A stretch of DNA of 53,465 nucleotides, the filler included, from Sphacelaria rigidula (taxonomy: Eukaryota): assembly GCA_964200075.2 (NCBI GenBank). It is 5 parts of 5 records of this genome, joined end to end, with 100 filler letters (N's around TTAATTAATTAA, not from the genome) between each part and the next. Parts side by side here need not be neighbours in the genome. Positions count along the whole stretch, not along the records: positions 10,715 to 21,328 come from CAXNAA020006196.1; positions 21,429 to 32,041 come from CAXNAA020006197.1; 3 more parts are not named here. One strand, written 5' to 3'. Each line of letters starts with the position of its first letter. Position 1 is the stretch's first letter. This document shows, piece after piece, positions 11,732 to 25,261 of this stretch. Below the pieces are notes generated by a model. The model did no database searches, was not told the origin of the DNA, and was given only the letters and a program-made list of their open reading frames with translations. The position numbers were made by a program, and so were the translations under genes.

Positions 11732-12296
11732 GCAAACGTCCAATCCGCCTCTAGGCTGGCCCAGCTCGTGTGGTTCATTACGCAGTTTTGGATTAACGAG
11801 GTTTTTTTAGTTCTTTTTTGTATCGTGTTTCCCGGTAAAAACTAGCATCCCCGGAAAACGGTGAAAAAAATCAAGGGGTCGAGAAACCTCGACCTTCGAA
11901 AGCTGCGTAATGCCCCATAGAACATCTGTGCAAACATTTAGGGTCTAACTCCTTGAAACGGCGTGAGGTTTTGCCGACGATAATTTTTTAGGGTGATGAG
12001 CCTGAACCGGCCTGTAGGGCGTGTGAATACTGAAAAGGAAGGATATGCACCTCATGTTGTCAACGGTTCGTATGTGGTGCACAGTGTAGTAGGGAAAGAT
12101 GACAACAGCACCCGCACGCTTGCATAACACAAGTACAGTCTTCATGGACAATTTTTTCATATATATCTTTTGTTGCTTCGTCTGATCTCGACCTCCGCAC
12201 CTACGGCAATGCGGCAGGGGGTGCACACGCGGCTATTTGCCCATCCCCAGAAATCCTCCAGGTCGGTCAACTTTTCGAGCCTCCAGAGAAATAAAA

Positions 12297-12549
12297 CGCC
12301 TCCGGAGGGGTGCGCGACCCTCCGAGGAGATTTCTTGGTTTCCTCCAGAGGGATTTAACGCTTCCGGAGGCTTTGTTTTGCCTCTGGAGGGCCGCGCACC
12401 TTTCCGAAGGCATTTTGCTACCCCCGAATGACTCCGGACGGGTGCGCGGCCCTCCAGGTCGGTAGTGCTTGGTTTCCTCCAGGGGGACTGGAGGCCCCTG
12501 GAGGCTTGTTTGCCTCTGAACAGCCGCGCATCCCTCCGGAGGCATTTTG
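12297..12549. repeat. Diverged tandem duplication (about 134-bp unit) rich in CCTCCGGAGG-type palindromes
   Basis: CTTGGTTTCCTCCAG.GGGA...GGCATTTTG occurs twice. Confidence 0.7.
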
Positions 12550-12858
12550 GGCGGTAGCGAAATGACCGTGTGTGTGGTCATTCTTTCCTCCTTTGCTACT
12601 CCATGTCGAGTAGAACTCGTATCACGTCTAGATCGGTTCTGTTTCGTTTCTCCTTGCCCTCCTTTCCTTATTCTCTTTTCTTCCAAGGTTCTGCCTTGGT
12701 TTGGTTCTTGGTTCATCTTTGTTTTTCTTGGGCGAAAAGCGTTAGTCTTGCTTTCTCCTTTCTCAAGCTTTTTCTCCCCATATTGGTTGCCCCTTTCTCA
12801 AGTTTGTTCACGTCAACGTCTCCGTTTTTATTTACAGTACCTTGCGTGTGTTTATTGT

Positions 12859-12912
12859 GTGACCACGACTGGTTTCTTGTGGGACCAGTTGGTGCACGAC
12901 AATCAATTAATT
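12859..12912 (+). mobile_element. Shared 3'-tail motif of a non-LTR element (copy 1)
   Basis: A pyrimidine-rich tract is followed by GACCACGACTGG...CAGTT..TGC.CGACAATCAA. Similar motifs lie at 16519 and 24236. Confidence 0.5.
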
Positions 12913-14009
12913 TGCCAATCGATGTCGAAGATGGATCGCGTCTCGGGCCTTTCAGACAGTGCCATGGGGAGCCAGTATCGTGCAAATAGAGTGTGGAATG
13001 GACGGTCAAGGCCATCTTAGACAACAATCGCCTGCCGGTCAACCCCTTCCGGTCGCTGAATCTCGCACAATCCATTGGTTCTTGAGGCACCTCTTCCGCC
13101 TATAGTCAGTACAGGGTGTCTTCGACGTTAGCTTGTCCACCACCGGCGCTAGCTTGTGCAGCTATTCGTCGGATTGTTCGGTGGTATTCTCAACCTTCAC
13201 GTTCGTCGCACACTGACTTGTTTTATACGTGACGCTAAATCTGACGGGTTTTTGAGGGGAATTATTTTTCGTAGGTCAGTACTTTCGCGCAAGTGCTGCA
13301 GCAAAAGTTTCGAGAGAAAGAGAGAGAGAGAAAGAGAGATGAAAAGAGAACGAGATACGCTTATTACTCGCCTCATACTCAGGGTCCAAGTCTAGAATCT
13401 TGAGCTTATCACGCGTCGCCTGGGTGCACTTCTCTATAACAGCACAGCTTCCTCCTGTTGCAGATCAGACGGGCGCGCGGATCAACGGTAGTACGGCATC
13501 ACGTGTTGAGAGCTGTTCGGGTATCTAATGTGGCCGCAGTGTTCCATTTTCCGCGATATCTTAATTGAGTATTCCAAACTTTCCTATATACTTGTTCGTA
13601 GAATTCTGTCGAGGGTTCGACGCAAACAGTCAATATTCAAGGAGTATACCCTGGAGTCTCATCGCTGATGGTATGATCGAAGGATGCATAGGGTCTGCGG
13701 AATTGACACTCATACAGAGCGGGCTCAAAGCTCTCCTTGCGAGCAAAAATGATACTTTCATCATACCCTCATCACGGAAAACCTCATTGGCAATCAGGCC
13801 ATCATTCCATTTTTGGGACGAAGCTATCAGGCGAGAACGAACGAAAAGCGCCTACTCCTCATTTTTCTGTCCAGGTATGCGGCAATTTGATAAGCACCTC
13901 ATGAACGAGGGGAATGTGTTGCCACCTGTCGAGCATTCATGTTTGCGAACGAGAAAGGGCTGTGAGAGATGTGGGCCGATTAGACTAGTTAGTGTATACC
14001 CCCTCTTAA

Positions 14010-14103
14010 CCCTTGAACGGCGAGAGTAAATAACCTGTTGAATCGGCATTCATTTCACTTGAAGAACAAAATACAGATGGACTACCCTCGCGGGGTCTAG
14101 GGG
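14010..14103. mobile_element. Tiny piggyBac-like MITE
   Basis: TTAA|CCC...GGG|TTAA with degenerate TIRs. The reverse complement of the right end shares GCGAGGGTAGTCCATCTG with 44119-44136. Confidence 0.6.
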
Positions 14104-15809
14104 TTAACGAGGAGCAACTACTCACAGAGTTTTAGTATGTTCCGGGAACGTGATTGACATATACTGGCCGTGCGAAACCGAAGCGGTGAGCATCCCCAAC
14201 CAATATATACTTGGAAAAGTGTACGTTTGGGGTGTTCGTGTTCGGTTTATATTTCACAGCAGTAATATGTGATGCGTTCATTACACTCCATGGGGTGTGT
14301 TGACCCCCCCCCCCCCCCGGCGCCTGTCGCAGCGTGTCTTGTGCGCAAGACTCGTGCAAAACTGTTGCGGCGGCAATGCACTCACGCATTGTTGTGTTTG
14401 GCTAACATACATCGGGAACGTACTGTATCGTCTAGGGTGGATCATATTGTCAGAAAAACACTTCTTGGACACAGAGACTCTGTAGTTCAAATCGGGAGGG
14501 ACGCTGAATCTACCGAATGGACAACAAGTGGAGGTAGGGGCACAGTAGCCCCTGCCGAACCGAGTGGGGTCCTGTCAACACCCCCTAAAGTCGTCACTAT
14601 TCCTCGGCGTTGCTCAAACGTTTTTCGTCGCACAAAAAGAGGTGTCTCGAGCATTTCGTTATCGTGCCATCTGACACCCTGTGTTTACCAAAAGTAGGCC
14701 AAGCCGCACTTCAGACACCTGAAACATTCGCCAGGAGTCGTCGATTTCAAGCAAAACATATCGCTGGTGTATCATACCTCAAAACCAAAAGCCGTTGTTG
14801 CTTCCGCCGAACTCCCTTTGAGTTTTGGATATGTGATGGAGAGTTTTGGAAACGTCTTTTTCTTGTCAGCGTAACTGTTGTCAGCGCCTACTTCTGATCA
14901 CCTTGATACTCCTCAACACACGCAGTAGTGTCCTCCTTGTTACGAGTTTCTTACATGTTGTATTGAATAAGAAGTGTTTTCGAAAGGGTTAACTTCATGA
15001 GATATATACACTGTATCTTGGCTGTATCGGGAACACGATCAAGACCATTCTAACCCGCTGATCGTCTGGCACATGCGTCAGGGGTGCTTTTTACGTGGTC
15101 GAGCTCCACATTGTTTTATGTCCATGACTCACGTGTATTTTAGTGAGCTCGGTGACGGCATGCTTCGTCTAAGTCGTTGCATGTGTGAACCTATCTAAAC
15201 TTGGACGCAAAAGAATGCGTTACGCGTGTTTGTCGAAACCCTGTGGTGCCCATGTCAACGTTTTGAGCACCATAATGCCATGCCGCACCACACCTTGAAG
15301 TCGGTTGCGGGCAAACGCGTCATCATCTTGATAGTCGTGTTTACTCGTGGGGGTCTCGAGTGGGCAGTGGTGATGCTCTCCGTAATCTTCTACGCTCCGC
15401 GGCTATATGTTCCAAACCCCGAACCAGGAAGGGGAGACAGAGGGGAAAGAACAAAGGTGGGCTACGAGGCACCCGGGAGTGAGAAGAACATAGAGGATGA
15501 AAACAGAGCAAGCACTACTACTTCGACCGCCGGGAGGCGGAACGAGAGAAAACCACACATGAGCAGCAACACGCGCAGTTTGAATCATAGCAGCCACCGC
15601 GCCGTGTCCACGAGAAAACACACACTTCTGGCGATCGAGAAAAAGCATTTATGGACACGAAGGTAAAATATATAATCATACTACTTACAACAACGTTCCA
15701 GCACGTTGAAAGCGCGTGCGAACACAGGGCTCCAAGATAATACTGAACCAAATAATAAAGATCAGCGTCATGCACATAATTGCAGCACCGACGTCAAACA
15801 ACAGGGGAT

Positions 15810-16066
15810 GAGTGATGCTACGGTAGGGGTACACACATATTTTCTGAGGCTAGAATTGTTAGGAGCTCTTCATCTCATCCAAAACACGACTTATGAAAAT
15901 ATGCGAAAGTACGCCAGGATTACTATCCAAATGTACTCGGGATATCCCGAATGGATTTGCAAACGGGGATGCCCTGATTTATATCCTTGAGCGTCTAGAA
16001 TCGTTAGGAGCCCCTGGACCAGACAAAATTTCGCGAAAAAAGTGCACCCCTACCGTAGCATTCCTC
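15810..16066. mobile_element. MITE with 25-bp TIRs and 4-bp TSD (Sola-like)
   Basis: TIRs GAGTGATGCTACGGTAGGGGTACAC and GTGCACCCCTACCGTAGCATTCCTC, with GGAT on both flanks (15806-15809, 16067-16070). Confidence 0.8.
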
Positions 16067-16518
16067 GGATGAGGATCAGAACGTCGCACATAATCAATGA
16101 CAAACGAACGAACGACGGCAACACACAGCACAGCATCAAATTGCGATCGTCGGAGGCCAGTTGGAGAACAGCGAACAGTTACATCGGTAACGCACATAGG
16201 CCTCACAATACACCGTCGAACACGGGCTCCACCGCACCACTTTATACCCATCTTAGAAGACACCTCAACCTCTTGCTTCCACTGAAGTTAACGACGACAG
16301 ACTGTATACGAATGAATAATTTATGTCAGCGTACTTTTTTTTTCGTTTTAGGTCGGCCGTTCCTTTCTGTGCTTTGCGGGGGGTTTTATTTTTATTTTTT
16401 GTTACGTCTAAGTCCATCTACTTTGCCATTCTGTTCGACGTTTTGTTTTCGTTTCATTTTTCTGTTCCTTTTTTTTTCAGCGAGTGTTTTCAATTTTGTT
16501 TTTCTCGGGCACGTCTAT

Positions 16519-16573
16519 CATGAGACCACGACTGGGGTTAGTTAAAGTGCGACAGTCAAATCAAATTAATCAA
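16519..16573 (+). mobile_element. Shared 3'-tail motif of a non-LTR element (copy 2)
   Basis: A T-rich tract is followed by GACCACGACTGG..AGTTAAAGTGCGACAGTCAAATCAAAT. Confidence 0.5.
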
Positions 16574-16574
16574 C

Positions 16575-19500
16575 TCCAAAAAGTAATTGACATAGGGCGC
16601 GTATACTTCATCACGCGGGGCGATGCGACAGCCAACATCAACTTTCTTGCAACCCCCGACGCCCACACTGCGCAACTTGTGCCACTGGAGTAATAGGTGG
16701 GGATCTTCCGCAAACTTGGCAAAGTGCGGACTACTTCATCCAGATCGTTGAAGTGGATGGGTGTGTTTCTCACCGTGTGCGGCGTTGTCTGTGACCCACA
16801 GTATCGAGATACACACAGGAGTGAGGGTGAGACTAGCAAACTCTGCGTTACCTACCACGCCAATGACCCTTGCACTTACCCTGGTGTGGACATCTGAATG
16901 CTTAACGAGCTCTGCCGTTTGTTTCCCGACCAATAAAGCGCCATCGAGTCGAGAAAGATCCTCCACGTCGGGGATTGCTCCCACAGTATCCCTGGATGCG
17001 GCCAGCACGCGCGGCGAGTGTATCACTTTAAGCGGATGTAAGCGGGAGGGCGCACAACGTATTTTAGGATCGTTCGTGTTCACCACGAAAGGGTTTCGCA
17101 ATGTATGCTAAGGTGACGAGTCATGAAGTACCACGGTTCAATGTTCGGAAAAATTACGAAGAACAAAGTACAGCAAAATATTGCGCCCTCCTTGCTTCCG
17201 CTGGCTTTTATAGTCTGATGTCTTTAGCTCTGCCGTGTTTTGAAGGCGTACAGCGTATACATACTATATTACCAGGCATTTATATCGAGTCTTGCTGCAC
17301 TTTGTTTGCTCGACCTATACAGCAGTAGTTTAGGTTGCTCCATCCACTATATATATATGTAGATGGAGCTCATCTTTATCAGAGTGCAAGGCGTACATTA
17401 CGCGATTTTGTTTTATGCGTGTTGCCCATTTCACGCGGTGTTCGGGAGGGCTACTCCTTGTCTGACTTTTGACCTGGAGGCAGCAACTAGCGGCGCAGCT
17501 CTCATGTCCCCAGTGAATCGTACCGTATGAGCGGCAGTCGAGAAAGCCTCCGCTGCGTACCATATGTGCGCACAGACAACAATTAGGACATCTAGAATAA
17601 TCATCTCTAACTTCCTCCGCCGCTGCTTTGGCATGCTCGACTGATCTTGGGACATCACAGTTGTCGCTTGATGTATCTCGTGGTGAATTTCAACTCCACG
17701 TCTTGATGATTTTACACAACGAGTTTTATCGGCGTGTTCCACCAGTCCGACACTGTTCATGCAGCCTGAAAACACTCGTTTTTACAATACCCACAGTGTT
17801 CTCGTTCCTCCCCGAAACAAAACCAAGAAATAGCTCATTATTTTCTTCCTCTGGATGTGTCAATCATGTGCCCACGGCTGGGTCCCTCGGGGATCACTTA
17901 ATGTGCGGCAATTATCACGAGTCACCATCAATCATCAGCTGAGTAGGAACAAAGGGACCGATCGCTATTGTTTTATATTGTTTGGGCAATCGTATAGTTT
18001 CCGTTCGGATGTAGGTAATAAACCGCCACTATGTGCGGCAAGTACTTACCCGGTGGTGCCGAGAATAACCCTGCGCATCGAAGACAGCATCTTTCTCGTC
18101 CAAGCCTTCCGGGGTAACTCTTTCTCAGGGGGAAATCCCTCCAGGAACGGTGCGCCCGCGGGAATACCCTTCATCCAACGGTTAGAGGGCGTCGAGGGGG
18201 CGGGAGATGAAGTATCACGTGAGAGAATCAACTCAGGAGTGACATCGATACAGCGCTTCCACTCAAAGCGGACAAGTGCAGAGATTGAAGTATTGCAGTA
18301 GATCTATGGCATGTTTGCGTCTCACCACCTCTGTTGGAAGTCAGTCTAGTGATTGCTACATCCTCAGACAGGCTCGCAGCGGATTCGTAGTGGTCATGCG
18401 ATCCACTTGCGTTGCTCCGCAAAGGCTAAAGTCTGAGGTTTCTCCATGCTCATATTTTGGCTAAACATGATAATACACAGTGGAGTAATCTCAAATGAGA
18501 GAAGTTACGTCCGGCATAATCGTACATCCTCCGATTTGGGCGAGCATTTTCGAGACAGGTGTTCCGGGAGAGTAACAATACACTCATGAACTACACTGAT
18601 CTATTCCGATGGGAGAAGGCAATGAATCAAATACAACCGACGGTCGATACCACTCCAGATGAAGAGAGGGTATGTCAATCGGTGCCAACAGAGAGTGGCT
18701 GCACTGCTGTAGGGGCCACTTCTGTCGTATCTTTGCCCTCTTTCCCGCGAATTTCCACAGCACAGTAGGGCACAAACAACGGCGTATGACGGCGAGCTCT
18801 TAAAATAGGAAAGCAATGGTGTGTGATTATGACTCGTTATATTCAAACAGGCGTTCGGAATTATTTTTGTCGTTCCTAGACATCTCGATCAGCTCACAGT
18901 GACTACATACTAGATTATTGGACACCACGAAAACATAGCAGCAGTAGCAACGGCAAGAGCAACCTCACCAACGACTGTGAAGGGAAACCATGGGTTGATC
19001 AGTTTGTGGCACTTTGGGGGGCAATCATGTTCACTTGTCATTTCCCAGTGTCTCACCTCAGTGGACCACCGGTAAATCTTCTGGTTTTTCTTCAGGTCTG
19101 CATCGCGTTGAGATGATTTGGCTCGAGGATCTTGAGGGAGTGACGGCACATTTATACCCACCGCCCGAACTGCATTCGCAGCCATCGCCCCTGTCAGAAA
19201 TAGCCGGGTGTCGACATACAGCGTAATTATGTCGTCTTTTTCCCACCACTGTTCCTCAACAATGCAAGCACATCGGCAAACGGCAGATCAACCACACGAC
19301 CAGCACGGCCGAAAACAAGAGGATTCGTTTGGACAAGCCGCATGCATGCTTGCTGAAGGAATTTAATTATATATTCCAGATTCCCAACAGGAGCAAAATG
19401 GGTGTTTTGCGGTATATAGTATGTATCGATGGCAACATTACGTTTCTTGTTCCGGGAACATTTTCTACTCGCACCGCTCCCCTCCTCCTCAGGACGAGTC

Positions 19501-20820
19501 CGTTGCCTCAAGGGATCGACCCATCTATCTCCCGGCAAACACCTTATGATTTGGTGTAGAGGATTGTATCAGCACTCCCGACCCGCATGTGAGCTGGTTC
19601 CATCACGACCTAGTGGCGGTGCGCAACGGATCGATCGATGCACTGCGTGCGCTCAGCATCAACACCTTCAGAATATTGTCTAAAGCATAGGCACCTACCA
19701 CGCGCGAATCATCCTGAAACTTGCAGCGCTTCGGGAACGAGCCGAGGAACTCGTGTCGTTGTCGACAATGTCATCTCAAAAGCCGACTGGCTGCTTTTCA
19801 TAGAAACGGCGTTGCTGGAGATTGACCACGACCCGCGCGGAGCGACGACTGCTGGTAGCTACACTCTTCAACGACTTCTTTGAAAAATCAGTGTGAAGAA
19901 TCCAGAATTACGATACAACAGAGTGCGGATTCAATCTCGGACGCTTCGCCATCCATAATGAAAATCCCTTACTTAGGCCGCAGTCTAGAAGGGCACTTCA
20001 TTACAATCTTCGAGAAGCGGCTTCCACATACAGGAAGACAGTTGAATAGGTGTAGAAGATAAGACCGAAAGGGCCATGCCACCTGCACTTCGCTCCACCG
20101 CTTGTGGTTACTTGCATCACAAAGGCAAGTAAAAGTAACTGAACATGTTCGTAGAGCACATCTAGTGTGATGCACGGGCTGTATGACGAGACACGCAACG
20201 AAAAAGAGAAGGGTTCGTGTCCCATCTTCGACTAGCATCTAAAGTGGCTCACAACGATCAATGGGAAACACCGTCAGAAGTGATCAACAGATGATCATAG
20301 GTGGACACTTTGATACATTTTCGGCACACCTTCCATAGGTTGAGACCCTCTGGCGACACTCTGAAGATTCAGAACCCCTGGGGGCGATCCTCTACACCCC
20401 CTCTACGATATGCAGCCTTGCGGCGAGAGCAAAATGTCCACGTGCGAAGGGCATATAAGAACGCAGGCGGAGATGCACTCACCATTCGCGACGATGGCGA
20501 CTAACAGCAGCAGCTGCATAAGTATCGGTCCGAACATGGGCACGAGAACGTGGAACCCGCTGCCACTTCCTGCATGCGCGGTAAAACGATTTTACGATTC
20601 GAAACGTCGCAGCTTCAGATCTCTAGGCACGAGATAATTCATGTCCAATTTTTTGGCTATCTACAACGAAGAAGAAGTGTTTCGTTGGAAATCGCGCACA
20701 ACACGAGGGCTCAGTGGTGGTTGTCACTTTGTCGTGCTCGCAATTTCTGCATCCTTCTCAAGCAGTTTGTGGCGCTGGAGGTTGGAACACTTGTACTTCA
20801 AAACAACTGAAGCGCGTCTA
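16575..20820 (-). pseudogene. Decayed multi-exon gene of unknown family with PHD-like finger
   Basis: Several protein-like minus-strand segments end at GT donors (GTAAGT at about 18048, GTGAGA at about 19056) and contain stops or frameshifts. CCLC-x11-CRSY-x6-HESC at 17495-17581. Confidence 0.4.
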
Positions 20821-21328
20821 TTGTAGCGAGGGGCACAAACATTCTTCATGAACGAGCCCGCAAACAAAGGCCCGGAAAATTTCAAGGGCCAGACGAATAT
20901 ATCGTGAGTCGTCCTAAATTCAACATGTATGTGCATGAATCAATCATACAATTCTTACGCGAAATGTGGTTCGTACATTTTTTGGGCTCATGGCATGATT
21001 CGTGCAACACTACACTTGACGTACCTTTTCCCTCGTGCCAATTCATGAGGACCACCGTCGAAGGAACATGTTTCCTACTTTTCATTCGAATGATATGGAT
21101 CATCGATAAGTACATGTTCCCCACCTTCCACTCATGTATATGTCATGAATCATTGCCGTGATGAAGAGCGTTTTGAAAATGATGCAGCAAATAATATGCT
21201 TACTACAGCTCGAAGTGAAGGAGCGGATATATGCCAAGGTTTGTCGTTTAATTGCGCGACATCCTGAAACAAAAATAACAAGCCAATACATCACCAGCCG
21301 GCGGTGGGGGGGGGGGGGTATTCATTCT

Positions 21329-21428
21329 NNNNNNNNNNNNNNNNNNNNNNNNNNNNNNNNNNNNNNNNNNNNTTAATTAATTAANNNNNNNNNNNNNNNN
21401 NNNNNNNNNNNNNNNNNNNNNNNNNNNN
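21329..21428. other. Artificial contig-joining spacer
   Basis: Same 100-bp N/TTAATTAATTAA linker. Confidence 0.98.
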
Positions 21429-24040
21429 AACTGGACACGTATGTTCCCCTTCAAGGTGTCCGGAAATCCCCTTTTGAAAAGGGGATTTCAGGAAGTGTTT
21501 TTGCACTTCCTGAAATCTCCTCTGGAGAGGGGATTTCTGTGCACGTTGAGGGGAGTTTTTGGAGGGGGCGGTATCGCAGCGACCAACCACTGGTCGTTTT
21601 TTAAAAAGGGGATTTTGAAAAAGGGGATTATCCCATTTGTTAAGAAGGGCCCTAACCTAACGGGAAAAACAGGTTTGGAAGCGATTTTCATGGGATCAAA
21701 TTATACCCCAAACCGTGGTATTCCGATGATGTGGGGCTTAGCGTCGTCGGATTTCCACGGATGACACACACCAAAGACCCGGACAGGCTCCGACGGTTTT
21801 TCCTTTTTGCTGTCGTAGGAAGCTTCGACCGCCCTGATACTTGACAGTTCGGTATATATTGGCGCTTCAAAGGGAAAAAATTAGTAGTAAAAAAAAAAAA
21901 TCCATCCTCCACCTCCTTCCGGGGGTCCCCACGTGAAGACCTCGGAAACCGGTGCATAATGTCTTGAAATAAAAACGAATCAATGATGCGTTCCGGCGTA
22001 GTCTGAGGACTAATCGTACAAAGTCTCGTTGCGTAAGCAAAAAAATGATGCACTCGAGTCGTCTTCACATCAAACGTTCCCGAAAAATTGTCTCAATACT
22101 AAAACGGATAGGTCCGGAGTTTGTACCTTTCAAGCCCACTTTACCGCACAAAGGCCTAAATGTTCACGCCGATTCTCGGAGATACTCTGGAAAATTGCAC
22201 TTAGATACTGTGGGATATTTCAGAACTTTTAACAAATGGGAACTTCGTTTTTTTTGTCGCCGGATTCCGGGGGTCCACGAATGGCATGTTGCTGTCCAAG
22301 ACCCTGGGACTCCTGATAACCGGCGGAAAAAAAACGAAAAAACCCATTCCTTCAATGGTTCGAAATATCCCATGGTATCTACGTGCAAATGGTAAGAGTC
22401 TAACTCCAAGAGCCCGCGTGAACATTTGCAGATGAGCGAATTTTGGGTCGAAAGCGTAAAGTAGCCCGTATGAATCAGTAGCACTCCCACGCGCATACAG
22501 GCAGCGAAGCCACCGGATCGTACCGAACTCGAACACACGACAAACTCCGAAAACCTCCTCCACTCGGGATGCGAGCACCATACGTGGTAGCTGCAAGAAG
22601 CGCAACACGTGTTTTCGATACCTAATCCCGATCAACAAATGCATGGGAACAAACTAGTACGTATTCAATCACAAGAGCTGTGGGGTTGCTGGCCCCAGTA
22701 GACGCGAGTAAAGACAGCCACGAAACTACCACGACTGCGATTTCCTACCTTCGCCTTGGTTCGACACAGCCCTTTTTGAGCCCCTGGCAGCTCCTGCAGC
22801 GCCCTTTGACTGTGCCACGGGAGTCGTGCTGGGTGCCTCTGGTAGCAGGTCCTCCAAGTCTCCTAGAGCCAATTCCCCCTCTATCTCTCGCACGCGCTTG
22901 TTGTAAAATTCGACGTTATCGGCCAGTGCTTTTCTGTTGGTCGCAGAGAGCCCTTGCCCTCGCAACGCTGTCGTGAAACACTCGATGCTCTCCTGCCACG
23001 AGGGTGTGTATGGTGCGGATAACGTTGGTGCTTGGAAGAATTACGTGCTCGTCCTCATCACCGCCTATCGCTTCACCGTGAAACCGTCATTTTAAGTGCG
23101 GCGGGTGTGCGCCAAAGCGAACGTGCACCAAAGGAAAATTTTGAACTTATGCGGCATCCTGTCGGAGGTGAATTTACCCCGGCTCGCAGCCCTGAATCCA
23201 TGGTTGACATATTTTCGAAATCACGCTGACCCTAACGCCAAACCTAACCCCAACCCGAGGCATACCGAGAACCCGCGTACAAGGGAGGTGCAACGGGTGC
23301 CGCAGGCACACTGTGCGTTAGCAGACCTCAGGTTGGCATTTGCGGCGCCTATTTGGTTGTTCTGCGCATGCTTGGAGCACTCGGGACTGTCAGCCCCAGA
23401 ATATCCGAATATCGGTGCTAAGACTTAAATTATGTATGTTTCAACCATGGAATTGGGGCTACGAGTTGGGGTGAACTCTACTGTCTTGTTGCTACCGACA
23501 CGGAACGCTCGCTTACCTTGTAAAACGCAAGCGCCTCCGTCAGTTTCCCAGCCTTGTCTAATGGCCTCGCCCGCTCCAAAGCCGCGAGGCCTCGGGCTGC
23601 TGCACTAGAGTCACCCATTTCCCCGTCCCAACGCGGTTCTCCGTTGTAATGGAGTAGATCTGTGGAGGATTTGATAGGAGCCGGACAAGATTATGCTGCA
23701 CCGTGTCAAGTTAACGACTACAGCCCGCATAGTATTGCCGACGTCAATGTGATGTGCACAGCATTCACGGAAAGATACCCCAGCATCAACAGGAATAATT
23801 GGGCCGAGGTGTGAACACGCTGTACCCAGGATATAGACAGAGGTCGGGGGTGAGAGTTCATGCCCGAAGAGTGAGGCCGCTGGACCGCTCAGTCGCACCC
23901 TGCCTCTACAGCCGTGCTCCATGTAGTCTATTCTGTTTGCACGTGACCTCATTGCCAGACACCATGCGGCAGGGGGGTACCGTTCTTTTTTCTTCTCGAG
24001 GCCGGTACTACAATAGACCTTAGCTTGGCGTTTCCTTGCC

Positions 24041-24110
24041 TGTCCTTTCCTTTCCTTTCCTTTCCTTTCCTTTCCTTTCCTTTCCTTCCCTTCTCTTCCC
24101 TTCCCTTTCT
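24041..24110. repeat. (CCTTT)n microsatellite
   Basis: Directly visible. Confidence 0.95.
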
Positions 24111-24235
24111 ATTTTATTCTCGGCTTCGTTCTACTGCGCTTGTTTCTCTTTTTCTTTTCCATGCTGTCCCTTCTCGAGTTTCCTTTCACAAGTATTTTCT
24201 TTCGTTCATCACGATCATCACGAGCAAACCTGCAT

Positions 24236-24290
24236 TGTCATTGTGGCTGGATTTGTAGTGGATCAGTGAATGTGCGACAATCCGTCAGTC
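24236..24290 (+). mobile_element. Shared 3'-tail motif of a non-LTR element (copy 3, diverged)
   Basis: GGCTGGATTTGTAGTGGATCAGTGAATGTGCGACAATC follows a pyrimidine-rich tract. Confidence 0.45.
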
Positions 24291-25261
24291 GCTACACCAG
24301 GCCCGTTCGTGCAAAATACATGAGACTCATCCAAGAGAATTTTAGTCGATACGCACCACGAGGATCGGACCGATAGCTTCGAAGCTTCCACTTGAATAGG
24401 ACTGGACGAACAAGATGAACAAGATGAACAAGATGAACAAGACAAACGAAACGCCATGACCTGACTACGCCTGAGGCATCTTGCTCTGTTGAATAGTAGG
24501 TTCAAGCCTCAATACAGCATGCAAGACTTTCGCCTATGCCGCGCGGTTCCAAGGTGTCTATGTTGGACTTGTGCCTACCTTAGAGATGGCCATGTGAGCT
24601 TTTCACTTTTGCCGTTCGTTTCAGAGATGGGTCGCATGAAAGCTTGCCCTGCATGCCGAAAGCCCTGCTATTTCCCACGTCGATGGGTTGCTGTCGGTGG
24701 TAAGGTTTTTGCGTGCACGACTTCGTCAGGGTGTTGGCTTGCATGACTCTTCTTTGTTGGCACTCGTTGAGCACGATTCTGTTTGTCCGTCCATGCGTCA
24801 TCTGCGGTGAGAAAACTCAGTAGCCGAGCCTCCACACGCGAAAGTTAGACTTGGTCCGGAGATCGGAAAACATATCTCACGCTTGGATGAGTGCATGTTG
24901 TGGGGGGAGTTCTGAAGTGTTGGACAATCACTGTAAGTTGGACGGGCTTGAATACGGTATTTTGTCACTTGGAATCCGCCACATTCAGGTTCCCTTTCCG
25001 TCAGATTCAGGTACTTTTTGAAATCCAGATGTAGGTTCGGGAGTAAAGACGAAAAATTCACCGCGTTCTCCGCCAGGAACAGGTATGTGACGGCGGTTTT
25101 GGCCAATCACGTCGCTGGAAATATAGCCGACTTGTGCTACCTTTACAATATATCCCCAAATAGGTGGGACAGAGTCCAGTAATACCTGGAACTTTCGTTT
25201 GCTCTTGTTCCGTTCCTCAGGAATGTCAGACTGCACTTTACCCGTCTACTACTACATATAA

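Noticed and set aside
12237..12549. CRISPR-like array of short palindromes
   Set aside because: Repeats are irregular and degenerate, the 'spacers' are themselves duplicated, the context is eukaryotic, and there are no cas genes.
14292..14585. GGGGTGTGTTGAC...GTCAACACCCCC possible MITE
   Set aside because: TIRs are imperfect and the flanks show no TSD. Left unclassified.
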